Assembly: GCA_045589955.1 (NCBI GenBank)
Contig: JAZNQD010000064.1
Location: 32,203 to 96,202, forward strand
DNA from: Bacilli bacterium
Lineage (GTDB): Bacteria > Bacillota_I > Bacilli_A > ML615J-28 > CAG-313
Length of the DNA: 64,000 nt
Direction: 5' to 3'
The notes under the pieces were generated by a model. It did not search any database and had not been told where the DNA came from. It saw nothing but the letters and a program-made list of their open reading frames with translations. The translations under genes and the position numbers were made by a program. This document shows, piece by piece, positions 40,844 to 50,975 of the stretch (within the stretch, counting starts at the first letter, position 1; each line of letters opens with the position of its first letter).

Positions 40844-41800
40844 ATGGAATTATATCATTATTGCATTATTGCAATTGTGCTTATTATATTTATATCTATT
40901 TTCTTATTATTTGTTCTTCCATATATTTGTTATCGAAAAACATTCTATTCTAAAGGAAATAAAGTAAAGAACTTTGATGCTAAAGACTTGCCTAACCAAG
41001 CTGTTTATAATCTTTATCGTGATATTATTTTAAAAGATATTGATGATGTTAGATTATTAAAAGCAGAAGAACTACATCTTGTTTCTTTCGATAAACTAAA
41101 TTTATATGCACGATATTATGAATATGATAAAGATTCTCCAATTGAAATCATGTTTCATGGATACCGTGGAAGTTCAGAAAGAGACTTAAGCACCGGAGTT
41201 AAAAGAGCTTTTAAGTGTGGAAGAAGTGTTGTTCTTGTAGATCAACGTGCTAGTGGAAAAAGTGAGGGCCATACAATTTCATTTGGAATAAATGAAAGAA
41301 TTGATTGTTTGTATTGGGCAAGATATGTAAGTGAAAATTTTGGTTCTGGAAGAAAAATCATCTTAACTGGCATTTCTATGGGTGCTGCAACTGTTCTTAT
41401 GGCATCAAGTTTAGATTTGCCTGAAAATGTAGTAGGTGTTTTATCAGATTGTTCATATAATATGCCAAAAGATATTATTATGAAGGTAGTTAAAGATATG
41501 AAATTACCTCCAAAATTAGTATATCCTTTTATTAAATTAGGTGCTAAAATGTATGGGAATTTTAATCTTGAAGAAACATCTCCGATTGAGGCTGTTTCTA
41601 AAACAAAACTTCCAATTATTTTTTCTCATGGAACAAATGATGATTATGTTCCTTGTAATATGAGTGAAAAATTATTTAAAGAGTGTCAAAGTACCAAAAG
41701 AATCGTAACAATTGATAAAGGTCTTCATGGTACAAGTTATTTAACAAACCCTGATAAGTATCTTGAGGAATTAATTGATTTTTTTAAAGATATCAAATAA
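40844..41800 (+). CDS. Membrane-anchored alpha/beta hydrolase
   Basis: N-terminal TM, FHGY, GISMG, HGTNDDYVP, H catalytic triad; ATG 40844 after AGAAGG. Confidence 0.88.
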   Translation: MELYHYCIIAIVLIIFISIFLLFVLPYICYRKTFYSKGNKVKNFDAKDLPNQAVYNLYRDIILKDIDDVRLLKAEELHLVSFDKLNLYARYYEYDKDSPIEIMFHGYRGSSERDLSTGVKRAFKCGRSVVLVDQRASGKSEGHTISFGINERIDCLYWARYVSENFGSGRKIILTGISMGAATVLMASSLDLPENVVGVLSDCSYNMPKDIIMKVVKDMKLPPKLVYPFIKLGAKMYGNFNLEETSPIEAVSKTKLPIIFSHGTNDDYVPCNMSEKLFKECQSTKRIVTIDKGLHGTSYLTNPDKYLEELIDFFKDIK

Positions 41801-41829
41801 AAAAGAAAAAGAAGATTTGAATGTTATAA

Positions 41830-41870
41830 TTTAAAGGTTAGACTATTATTTAATAGTCTAACCTTTAAAT
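41830..41870. terminator. Long inverted repeat/terminator between convergent genes
   Basis: tttaaaggttagactatta-tt-taatagtctaacctttaaa. Confidence 0.75.
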
Positions 41871-41872
41871 AT

Positions 41873-42982
41873 TTATTTAGATAAGATTTTAGAGATAATT
41901 GGATATATATATTCAGACATAGATATAAAGCCATAATCAGTAGGATGGCAACCATCAACTGTTTTTTCTGATATGTTAGTTTTACCTAATACTTTTGCTC
42001 CATCAATGTAGTATAAGTTATTATCACCTGAATTTTTAACATATTTTTTTTGATATTTTCTAATTTCCTTTTCGTTTTTAATATAATCTTCATCATGAAA
42101 TTCAAGATACATTGGAATCTTACTCATAATAATAATAGGAACAATAGGATATTTACTTCTTAGACATTTTACAAAATTATCTAGTGTAGCTTTTAATCGA
42201 TCAAAAGTTGCATTGGCTTCATAATCTAAGATAAACATTTCAACATTTTCTATTTCGCTTAATGCTTCGGCAATTTCGATATGTCCTTTTCCATTTCCTG
42301 AAAATCCATAATTTAGACATTCTGTGTTTAACATACGTGATAAAATTTGTGTATAACTCATCCCAGGTCGACTAGCACAACCGCCTTGGGTAATTGATGT
42401 ACCATAAAAAACAATTTTCTTATTATCCTTAAATAAATCAAGACAAGGAGCAATCGCACTATTTGGATTAATACCTATTAATACTTCATCAACTGTTGCA
42501 TATAAAGGGAAGTTAAGAACAAATAATTTGTTTTCTTTGCTTAAGTTATTATGATTAAAGAATGTAAATTCATATTCGGTTTTATTAAAATCAAAATTGC
42601 TTGTTCGATAAAACTTCATATCTTGATAAGTATTACCAATATAAAGGTCAAAACCTGCTTGACCAGTATAAGGCATATGTCCCATATGAAATTTAAAGCT
42701 TAACTTGACTTTTATTTTTAAGACATTAGTATTTGAATAAAAGGCAACAAGTCCACCAGAACTATTTCCGGCAAGAACATCAACACTTCCTTCTAACTTA
42801 GGTAATACATCATCTAAACTTTTAGAAAGACGATGGTATCTTCTGTCTTTATCAAACCAGTATAACCCATAGACTTTGACTGAATCATCAATCTTTGGGT
42901 CAATATATCGTATTGAATCGTCTAAGTTTTCTTTGTTAATGAAATTACTATCTACTTTTTTAATATCAATTGTTTTACTCAT
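41873..42982 (-). CDS. SGNH/GDSL hydrolase with N-terminal domain
   Basis: YGTSITQG, GFSGNG, DYEAN, DGCHP. Confidence 0.88.
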   Translation of the reverse strand: MSKTIDIKKVDSNFINKENLDDSIRYIDPKIDDSVKVYGLYWFDKDRRYHRLSKSLDDVLPKLEGSVDVLAGNSSGGLVAFYSNTNVLKIKVKLSFKFHMGHMPYTGQAGFDLYIGNTYQDMKFYRTSNFDFNKTEYEFTFFNHNNLSKENKLFVLNFPLYATVDEVLIGINPNSAIAPCLDLFKDNKKIVFYGTSITQGGCASRPGMSYTQILSRMLNTECLNYGFSGNGKGHIEIAEALSEIENVEMFILDYEANATFDRLKATLDNFVKCLRSKYPIVPIIIMSKIPMYLEFHDEDYIKNEKEIRKYQKKYVKNSGDNNLYYIDGAKVLGKTNISEKTVDGCHPTDYGFISMSEYIYPIISKILSK

Positions 42983-43129
42983 AATTACCTCAAAATAATT
43001 TTAATTCAATATATTATAATTATATAATAAAAAAATAAAATTTAGCTTATAGACGCTTAATGAATCTAAATAAAATTAAAAACCAAAAGTAAAATCTAAA
43101 ACTTTAGAATAAAACTTTTGGTTTATTTG

Positions 43130-43855
43130 TTAATATAGACTCTTTACACGGCTCTTATATTCTTCGTAAATTTTTTTATTATGTTCATCTCCACCTTCTA
43201 AGTTAGCACTCATATAAATAGGAGGGGTAAGATTGTTTTTAGTAAATAAGTCAATTATTTCCAAAACTAAACATTGGGCAATATAACTACAAATGATTGA
43301 AGATACAGCACCAGAGTTTCCATAAGGCGTTTCGATAATACCATCTCCATGGGGAACATGATTGTCAATTACAATATCAGCACATTCATATAAATGTTTA
43401 TTATCTAATGTTCGTGCTTTATTATTTTTAGATGAAGCAACACTTGTTATAGCTATAACTTGATGACCATTTTTTCTCGCAATTTGGGCAAATTCAACAG
43501 GAACAGCATTAACACCCGAATTAGAAACAACAATAAAAGGATCATTGTCATTAACATCTAATCCTTCATAAACAACTTTTGCAATCCCTGGTAATCTTTC
43601 AAATTTTGTACTGCTTATTGCACCTTCATGTTGCATAAGAAAAGGTCTTAATACAGGATCAATGGCAACTAAACCACCTGCACGGTAAAATAATTCCTCA
43701 CTAAACATATGTGAATGTCCAGTTGCAAAAACGTGTAAGATACCTTTTTCTTTAATTGAATCAAAAATTATCTTTGCAGCTGCTTTAATATTTTCGCTTT
43801 CTTCATTTGCAACTTTATCAATTAATTCTTTAACTTTATTTGTAAATTCATTCAT
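43130..43855 (-). CDS. SIS-domain (sugar isomerase) protein
   Basis: FATGHSHM..EELFYRAGGL, SNSGVN, IDNHVPHGD, SANLEGGD. Confidence 0.88.
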   Translation of the reverse strand: MNEFTNKVKELIDKVANEESENIKAAAKIIFDSIKEKGILHVFATGHSHMFSEELFYRAGGLVAIDPVLRPFLMQHEGAISSTKFERLPGIAKVVYEGLDVNDNDPFIVVSNSGVNAVPVEFAQIARKNGHQVIAITSVASSKNNKARTLDNKHLYECADIVIDNHVPHGDGIIETPYGNSGAVSSIICSYIAQCLVLEIIDLFTKNNLTPPIYMSANLEGGDEHNKKIYEEYKSRVKSLY

Positions 43856-43992
43856 AATTATTCCTCATTTATTTTACTTAGATTAATTATAACATATATA
43901 TCTCATTTGGTCAAGAAACCCTTTCTATAAATTTTTTCTTGTATTTGTTATAAGTCTATGATATAATTATTGTAATAAAAAAGGTGGTTAAT

Positions 43993-46620
43993 ATGAAAAA
44001 GAGATTACTATTTATAAATATTTTATTTTTACTGTTTTTAGTTTCATGCAGAGCAAAACCAGCTGAACAACATATAACAACAATTATTCCTCAAGAGGAG
44101 GAAATTGTCCTAAATATTGGTGACAGCAAACCAATTAATTATGATGTTTTACCAAGTGGTATATCTGAAGAAATAAAGATAACAGTTGAAGACCCAAGTA
44201 TTGTAAGAGTTGAAAACCAAACAGTTATTGCCCTTAGTTATGGTGAAACAAAAATTATTTTAGAAAGTACAAGTAATAGTGATGTTTATGCGAATATTGA
44301 TGTATCAGTTATTCGAAGAAATTTTAATATTACTTATGAATTAGATGGTGGAAAATTTACTGAACAAGTAGTAAGTACTTACCAAGAAAATATTGGCTTA
44401 GATGTTTTACCAGATCCAACTAAAGAAGGTTATCAATTCAACGGATGGTATTTAGAAGATTCATTATTAACATCAGTTAATCCAACTTTAAATAAAGATA
44501 TCACACTTTATGCAAAATGGGAGTATATACCTAAGACTTTTAGAATAGACTATAATCTTGATGGTGGTATGTTTTTGGAAGAAGTTCCTTCTTCATTTAT
44601 TGAAAATGTCGGACTAGAAGAACTTCCAATTCCAACAAAAGATGGTTATAAATTCATAGGTTGGGAACTTGAAAATGAATTAGTTTCAAGTATTGATAAA
44701 ACAATTAATAAAAATATTACCCTTAAGGCAATATGGTCATATATTCCTAAAGAATATTGTATTGAATATGATCTAGATGGTGGAGAATTTACAGAAGAAG
44801 TCCCAAATAGTTATTTTGAATTTGAAGGGTTAGAGGAACTTCCAATTCCTACTAAAGAAGAATATGAATTTGTAGGTTGGGAATTAAATGGTAATATTAT
44901 TACAAGTATTGGCAAAACTTCTAAGGAAGATGTTACTTTAATCGCAATATGGCAATTAAAGTTTGATGTTAACAAAGCTAATGAAGTTATTAAAATGATT
45001 AATACACTTCCTTATCATACAACCTATAATGATAAAGAAAAAATAGATTATATTCTAGAATACTATAATGGGCTTTCTGAAGATACAAAAGCTCTTGTTA
45101 CAAACATTGATATTTTAATTAGCAAAATAAACATTCTTGAAGAAATCGAAAATAATAAAACTGAAATTACCTATGTTCTTGGCAATAACAACTATAGTTC
45201 AAGAGAAGAATTATTCAATAATTTCTTTAGTGATTTTTATGTGTTTATCGTAAATAATCATGGTACTGACTATTTAATTCAAAACAATATAAATAGTATT
45301 GAAGATTTCGTTACATTGGCTGGTGATTTTAATGGTGCAGGTGTTTCAAACCTTTATGGTATTGGTAATCTTGCTGGTAGATATTTGTTAACAAAAGATA
45401 TCAATGGCGTTTTAGAAAATCAACCTGAAAATACTTTCTTTGGTTATTGTTATCAAAATAATTTATATCAAGATTTACTACCATTCTTTATTCGCTTCTT
45501 TGCTTATTGGCGTATCGATGAACGTTATGCGAATTTAAATAACTATGGTGCAGATATATTTGCAGAGGGATGGGCTCCAACAGTAGACATTGCTAAATTC
45601 TTCTATTATGATGAAAATACTTCATATGTAAAAACAGAAAGAATGCTGGATTGTTTCTTAAATACCGCTTCAGTTGTTTATGGTGATTTACCTACTGTTT
45701 TAACACAAGGTATGATTCTTCCAAATAATCTAAAACTTCGTGGATATATTTTTGAGGGATGGTATGATAATCCAGAATTTAGTGGGGATAAAATAACAAC
45801 AATCACCAATACAAATGAAAAAGTAATTCTTTATGCAAAATGGACAGAAGATATATATCAACAAGAAAAAGATAAAGCCGAAATCGTTGATATATATATT
45901 TATAACTTAACTACGTCAAAAGCTGTTGTAAATAAAAAAACTGTTACTTATATTAGAAATATGTATGAAGAACTTACACAAGTAGGAAAAGAACTAGTAA
46001 CGGATTATAATACATTCTTAAGATATGAAGAACAATTTGCCCAAGATTTCTTAGAACCAGTTACTGTTAATTTCACAATTGAGATTGATGAATTATTATC
46101 TAAAGAAGCTATTCAAAACGCTTTTATTGCCGATTTTAATTCTACAACAAATTCTAATATTCAATCACTTGATGAGCTAATTTCAAAAAGATATACATAT
46201 ATGAAACAAATTGGTCAGTTCTTTGCTGATAACTCAATGCGTAGCAAATGGTATTATTTATTAGATTTATTGGAAGATGAAAATAGTGCTATAGGATTAC
46301 AAATACAGTTAGAAAGAATTAAAGAAAATGGCAGTGGGGATTTAGAATACGTAACTAAGGCTCTTGGATATTTATTAAAAGGAGAAAGTGCTCTAGAAGA
46401 TAGTGAAGTTAAAGTTGATTTTAGTAAAGAAGAAGTACAAAGTAAGTTAACTTCACAATTTGGAACATATTCAGTTACATATGAAAAAGAAGCATATTTA
46501 TATACATTTACTATTGCTGGATATGAATGCCTAGGTTTCTTTGATTTAGAAGGAAATCAAGTATTTAAAATAACTGAAAACATGAATTCCAATTTGAAAA
46601 TCAAATTTGTAAAAAAGTAA
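43993..46620 (+). CDS. Surface lipoprotein with Ig-like domain and InlB B-repeat (Flg_new) domains
   Basis: Lipobox LVSC; repeated YELDGG...LPxPTKEGYxFxGW...TLYAKW units. Confidence 0.85.
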   Translation: MKKRLLFINILFLLFLVSCRAKPAEQHITTIIPQEEEIVLNIGDSKPINYDVLPSGISEEIKITVEDPSIVRVENQTVIALSYGETKIILESTSNSDVYANIDVSVIRRNFNITYELDGGKFTEQVVSTYQENIGLDVLPDPTKEGYQFNGWYLEDSLLTSVNPTLNKDITLYAKWEYIPKTFRIDYNLDGGMFLEEVPSSFIENVGLEELPIPTKDGYKFIGWELENELVSSIDKTINKNITLKAIWSYIPKEYCIEYDLDGGEFTEEVPNSYFEFEGLEELPIPTKEEYEFVGWELNGNIITSIGKTSKEDVTLIAIWQLKFDVNKANEVIKMINTLPYHTTYNDKEKIDYILEYYNGLSEDTKALVTNIDILISKINILEEIENNKTEITYVLGNNNYSSREELFNNFFSDFYVFIVNNHGTDYLIQNNINSIEDFVTLAGDFNGAGVSNLYGIGNLAGRYLLTKDINGVLENQPENTFFGYCYQNNLYQDLLPFFIRFFAYWRIDERYANLNNYGADIFAEGWAPTVDIAKFFYYDENTSYVKTERMLDCFLNTASVVYGDLPTVLTQGMILPNNLKLRGYIFEGWYDNPEFSGDKITTITNTNEKVILYAKWTEDIYQQEKDKAEIVDIYIYNLTTSKAVVNKKTVTYIRNMYEELTQVGKELVTDYNTFLRYEEQFAQDFLEPVTVNFTIEIDELLSKEAIQNAFIADFNSTTNSNIQSLDELISKRYTYMKQIGQFFADNSMRSKWYYLLDLLEDENSAIGLQIQLERIKENGSGDLEYVTKALGYLLKGESALEDSEVKVDFSKEEVQSKLTSQFGTYSVTYEKEAYLYTFTIAGYECLGFFDLEGNQVFKITENMNSNLKIKFVKK
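44323..44952 (+). repeat. Three tandem ~216 bp InlB B-repeat coding units
   Basis: Three ~72 aa repeats visible in the translation. Confidence 0.8.
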
Positions 46621-46664
46621 CTACATAAGAAACTAGTTTGATTAAAAACGGACTAGATAAAAAT

Positions 46665-46720
46665 AACACATTAGACTTTAAGTAATCAATTTTAGATTAC
46701 TTTATCTAATGTGTTTTTTT
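46665..46720 (+). terminator. Long hairpin/terminator at the island boundary
   Basis: aacacattaga...tctaatgtgtt followed by T tract. Confidence 0.6.
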
Positions 46721-46807
46721 ATACAATAAATGTAAAGAGTAAATTAACTATGTATATAAGAAAAGGAAATAATAAAATCTATACAAAATATACAAATGAA
46801 GAAAAAG

Positions 46808-47704
46808 TTACTTATCATACTCAATTCTAAAATAATCAAGATACGCTTTAAATTGATCTTGTGCTGCAAGACACGTATCAATCAAATATCCTTTTTCTTG
46901 TTCCCATTCTTTTAGCCCTCTATAATAAAACATCTTTAGTTTTTCATCTATTATAAAAGGAACTATGTTATATTTAAGACATTCCTTAAACATTAAAAGC
47001 CTACCCACCCTACCATTACCATCTTGAAAAGGATGGATGTATTCAAATCTATAATGAAACTCGATTATATCATTTAATGTTTTATTTTTAATATTGTTAT
47101 ACCATTCAATTAAAGATTTAACTTCATCTCTTACTTTTTCAGGACTTGTTGTAACTCTTCCACCAACTTCATTTGGAAGTTTTTTATAATCACCTACAAC
47201 GAACCAATTATTTCTACTATCAGTTGTCCCATTTTTTAAAATGAAGTGTAGTTGTTTTATTAAATTTTCTGTAATGTTCAGATTAGCTTTATCTATGATT
47301 AAATCTATACATCTAAAGTGATTAGCAGTTTCAACAATATCATCAACACTAATAACTTCACCAGTTAAACCTATCGTATTAGTTTCATATATGTATCTTG
47401 TTTGATCATGTGTAAGACGACTTCCTTCGATATGGTTAGAATTGTATGTAAGTTCAATTTGGACCTTATGATAAATTCCTCCTTTAAGTTTAGATACTTT
47501 TTCTAATTTTAAAATATCAAGTAATGTTTTTCTATTATTATTAACTCTTGCTTTTCTATCAGGTTTAACAGCATCACTTGGTATCATCCAAGTTTTGCCA
47601 ACAAGATAAGCACCAGAGATTCTTCCTTCAGAACAATAATTTCTAACACTTCGTTCTGACAGATTCCATAGTTTTGCTATTTCAGATACGCTTAAAAAAT
47701 TCAT
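46808..47704 (-). CDS. Fic family protein with N-terminal HTH (class II Fic)
   Basis: HPFQDGNGRVGR Fic motif; SNHIEG inhibitory motif; N-terminal excisionase-like HTH. Confidence 0.92.
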   Translation of the reverse strand: MNFLSVSEIAKLWNLSERSVRNYCSEGRISGAYLVGKTWMIPSDAVKPDRKARVNNNRKTLLDILKLEKVSKLKGGIYHKVQIELTYNSNHIEGSRLTHDQTRYIYETNTIGLTGEVISVDDIVETANHFRCIDLIIDKANLNITENLIKQLHFILKNGTTDSRNNWFVVGDYKKLPNEVGGRVTTSPEKVRDEVKSLIEWYNNIKNKTLNDIIEFHYRFEYIHPFQDGNGRVGRLLMFKECLKYNIVPFIIDEKLKMFYYRGLKEWEQEKGYLIDTCLAAQDQFKAYLDYFRIEYDK

Positions 47705-47737
47705 AATAACACCTCAAGTTACTATTATTATATCACA

Positions 47738-47794
47738 TTATCGGCAAAATATCAAGTATATTATTTTTTATTTTTTGTAATATTTTGCCGATAA
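47738..47794. promoter_or_regulatory. Perfect 15 bp inverted repeat upstream of the HTH-Fic gene (probable operator)
   Basis: ttatcggcaaaatat (47738-47752) / atattttgccgataa (47780-47794). Confidence 0.6.
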
Positions 47795-47894
47795 AGGAAA
47801 ATTCATTATTAAAAAATAATTATAATCATGCTATGATTACTTATCATTACATAAACAATAATACTCTTTACTACTTGATAAAATAAGAATTTAT

Positions 47895-48878
47895 CTATTT
47901 GATTAATGATTCTACAATATTTTTTTCTATATATTCAATTCTATCAAAAATCATGGGTTTAAAATATCCTGTAACTGCTACAACAATATTATATTTTCTA
48001 TTTATATAAATAACATTTCCACCATCACCAATTGCAGCAATTACATCACTACTTCTATGCGGTAACCACCATAAATAACCATAATCTTGATTGCCAAATT
48101 TATAATCTAAGGAAACGTATGATTGAGTCATTTCTTTTAAATATTTTTCACTAATGACTCTTACGTTATTATAAAATCCATTATTTAAAACAAGCAAACC
48201 AACTTGAGTCATTTCATATGCTGATAATGATAATCCCCAACCTGCTGTAGGCATATCGGTAGGATCCATAAACCAAACTTTCCCATGGGGATCTCTATTC
48301 ATTAAATAATTAAATTGATCTTCTTTAGATGTACAATTAGCATTTGCTCTTGGTTCAATTCCTAATGGTTTAAATAAATATTCATTTGCAAACTCTAATA
48401 CATTCATTCCACTTGCAATTCTTATTATTCCTAATAAAATTTGAGTTCCTAAGGTATGATATCTAAATTCATTAGTAATACCATTTCTACCACCCAACGA
48501 GTCTAAAATAGATAAAGACCAATCATTTGATGTGCATACTTTTTTCCAAGGTTCACTATTTCCTTTATAAGGAGCTAACATTGTTAATAAATGTTTAATT
48601 GTTACTTCATAAATAGTTTTTTCTCCTCTTTTTGGAGTATAAATATCCTTATAATAGTTCATTACAAAATCATCAACGCTTTTAATAAATCCTTTATCAA
48701 TAGCAATACCAACTAATAAAGAAGTTATAGATTTAGTAACACTCATTACATTCATTGTGTCTTCCCTAGTAAATCCTTCTCTATATTCTTCAATTTCTAA
48801 TACATTATCTTTATATGCAATAATTTGTCTAATATTAACGTCATTTTTACTTGAGTAATTATTTAAAACTTTCTTCAT
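47895..48878 (-). CDS. Serine hydrolase, beta-lactamase class C-like family
   Basis: SVTK (SxxK), TIKHLLTM, FRY, YGYLWW, AAIGDGG. Confidence 0.88.
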   Translation of the reverse strand: MKKVLNNYSSKNDVNIRQIIAYKDNVLEIEEYREGFTREDTMNVMSVTKSITSLLVGIAIDKGFIKSVDDFVMNYYKDIYTPKRGEKTIYEVTIKHLLTMLAPYKGNSEPWKKVCTSNDWSLSILDSLGGRNGITNEFRYHTLGTQILLGIIRIASGMNVLEFANEYLFKPLGIEPRANANCTSKEDQFNYLMNRDPHGKVWFMDPTDMPTAGWGLSLSAYEMTQVGLLVLNNGFYNNVRVISEKYLKEMTQSYVSLDYKFGNQDYGYLWWLPHRSSDVIAAIGDGGNVIYINRKYNIVVAVTGYFKPMIFDRIEYIEKNIVESLIK

Positions 48879-49143
48879 TAAAAGTACCTTTCTAATTTAT
48901 AAATTCTAATTATCTAACATTATTATACTACGATCTCATCTATATTTCCACAACTATCTCTTATTGGTTCGAGTCTCATCAAAACTAAAGGTTCGAAACC
49001 CGCAAGTTAATGGTTCGAGCCCGTGGTAAGTCTCATCTGGTGTTTAAATCTAAATGTTTCATAAATGCATAAAAAATAGACTATTTCACTATATTTTAAG
49101 CAAAATAGCCTACATAAATAAAAAAATAACACTTCAATCAGAA

Positions 49144-49272
49144 GGCCTATAGACAAAGTGAACTATTGTTCACAAAGTAAACTATTGTTCACAAAGTGAA
49201 CTATTGTTCACTTTACTAATGCCTAACTGCTACGATATCTATCTTTTTAAAAGGTGTGTGTGACGATAAGTA
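49144..49272. repeat. Non-coding repeat element, copy 1 (three tandem 19 bp units)
   Basis: caaagtgaactattgttca x3 (49154-49210, middle unit has one mismatch) followed by ctttactaatgcctaactgctacgatatctat. Confidence 0.9.
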
Positions 49273-49289
49273 TTATATAATAAATATAA

Positions 49290-49318
49290 AGACTGAGAAT
49301 TCTAAAAATTCCCAGTCT
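49290..49318 (-). terminator. Terminator after the Fic gene
   Basis: agactgagaatt...aattcccagtct hairpin overlapping the stop codon. Confidence 0.6.
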
Positions 49319-50540
49319 ATTCATATAAATCTAATTCCTCTAAATTACATTTAAAATAGTGATTTTTTCCACTTCGTATATCTAAGCATAAATTAAGTTG
49401 TTTCAAAACAGCTAAATATTCTGAAATTTTGGTACTGCCTTTTTTTAAAATTTCAATAAGCTTAGTTTTATTTAATCCAAAATCGCCAAAAATGCTACAT
49501 TGAATTAATATAAATAACAAATTAGTAATATCCTTTTTATTTTTATTCGATTCATATAACTTTGATACGTTATCAATTTTTTTCTTATATTTATTGAACT
49601 GTTGCATTTTTTCAAGTGCATATAATTCTGTTTTTTGGAATGATTTATAAATAATATCCAAAAATTCATAAACAAAAGTTGACACATCACCTTTATTTCT
49701 CACATCATTAGTATGATCAAATGCGTCTAAATATTGTGAAAGATTTTCTTTAATTGTCATGCTTAATCTAAAACCTACAACTTTGTTAAAATATTTTGAT
49801 AAGATATAACTTGAAATGAAACGATTAATTCTACCATTACCATCGTAGAATGGATGAATATACCCTAAAAAATAATGAAATATCGAAATTCTAATTAAAA
49901 CATCAATGGAATCTGAGTTTAATATGTTTAATGCTTTATTCATATAATCTATTATTTTAGATTCGGGCATTAATCCATTATGAACAATTTTTTCTCCTGA
50001 TTTATAAACATGTACTAAATCTTTTCTAAATATTTCGCCATCAGGTAAATTTTTCTCATCTTCACTTTTTATTTCGTTGTATAACATTTCATCATATAAT
50101 TTTCTAATGTCTTTTGAATCAAGAAAATTAATTTTTTCATTAGTTAGCATTAGGTACTTATTAACAATACCTTCCAAGCGATTACGTGTAGTAGTTTTCT
50201 TCTCAATTTCAGTTATTAAATCGTTTATATCTTTACGCGTAGATATAACCCCTTCAATTTGATTAGTATAATGTATTTCATCGATTAATGATTTTCTCAT
50301 ATACTGATCCTTAGCAATGTCAGGCAAACTCTCAAATATTTCGTTTAATCTATAGTTAAGAGAATTAATTTTAGATGCGATTGACATAATTTCGCTATCA
50401 TGAGTAAAAAAAGATTGATTTTCATTAATTAATAAATCAAACTTAATTGTGGCACTAGAATTAAATTTCTTTATATAGATATCATTAAAAGTGGAAATAT
50501 CATTCATAACATACAATTTATATAATGATTTATAACTCAT
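49317..50540 (-). CDS. Fic family protein (class II) with probable C-terminal wHTH
   Basis: HPFYDGNGRINR; TNQIEG inhibitory motif. Confidence 0.92.
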   Translation of the reverse strand: MSYKSLYKLYVMNDISTFNDIYIKKFNSSATIKFDLLINENQSFFTHDSEIMSIASKINSLNYRLNEIFESLPDIAKDQYMRKSLIDEIHYTNQIEGVISTRKDINDLITEIEKKTTTRNRLEGIVNKYLMLTNEKINFLDSKDIRKLYDEMLYNEIKSEDEKNLPDGEIFRKDLVHVYKSGEKIVHNGLMPESKIIDYMNKALNILNSDSIDVLIRISIFHYFLGYIHPFYDGNGRINRFISSYILSKYFNKVVGFRLSMTIKENLSQYLDAFDHTNDVRNKGDVSTFVYEFLDIIYKSFQKTELYALEKMQQFNKYKKKIDNVSKLYESNKNKKDITNLLFILIQCSIFGDFGLNKTKLIEILKKGSTKISEYLAVLKQLNLCLDIRSGKNHYFKCNLEELDLYE

Positions 50541-50975
50541 AAAAGCACCTCTCTCAAATTATTATATCATTTATAAAACCACTTGTCAAGTATAATTGCG
50601 TTCAAATTAGTGAATTTTTGAATCCAATTGATATAATCTCGTTTATTGAATTCATATTTTCTATTATTTGGAATAATAATAACGTTTTATGGATATTTTT
50701 GTTAAAAAAAGTAGGAATTTGAATTTTATAAATAATAATTTTTATACTTCAATTATTCATTATTAATTAGTTCAAATTCCATCAACCGACTAAATTTCTA
50801 ATTCCCTTAAAATACCCCATATTCAAATCCTATTAGTTCAACGAAAACTCAAATATCTCTATAAAATAAAAAAAGTGCTCCAAATATGGAACAAAATCTT
50901 TTAAATAAGTAAACCTAACAGGTTTTACCCTCTATATTTGAACTATAAACATTATGAATCAAAGATTCATATTAT

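Noticed and set aside
43203-43211. TTAGCACTC CIRCE half-site
   Set aside because: Single half-site inside the SIS coding sequence with no partner 9 bp away
47895-48878. Bona fide beta-lactamase resistance gene
   Set aside because: No signal peptide and no KTG triad (AAIG instead); better described as a cytoplasmic serine hydrolase of the class C-like fold
49154-49210. Tandem 19 bp palindromic repeats as a CRISPR array
   Set aside because: Units are contiguous with no spacers, shorter than CRISPR repeats, and no cas genes are in the window
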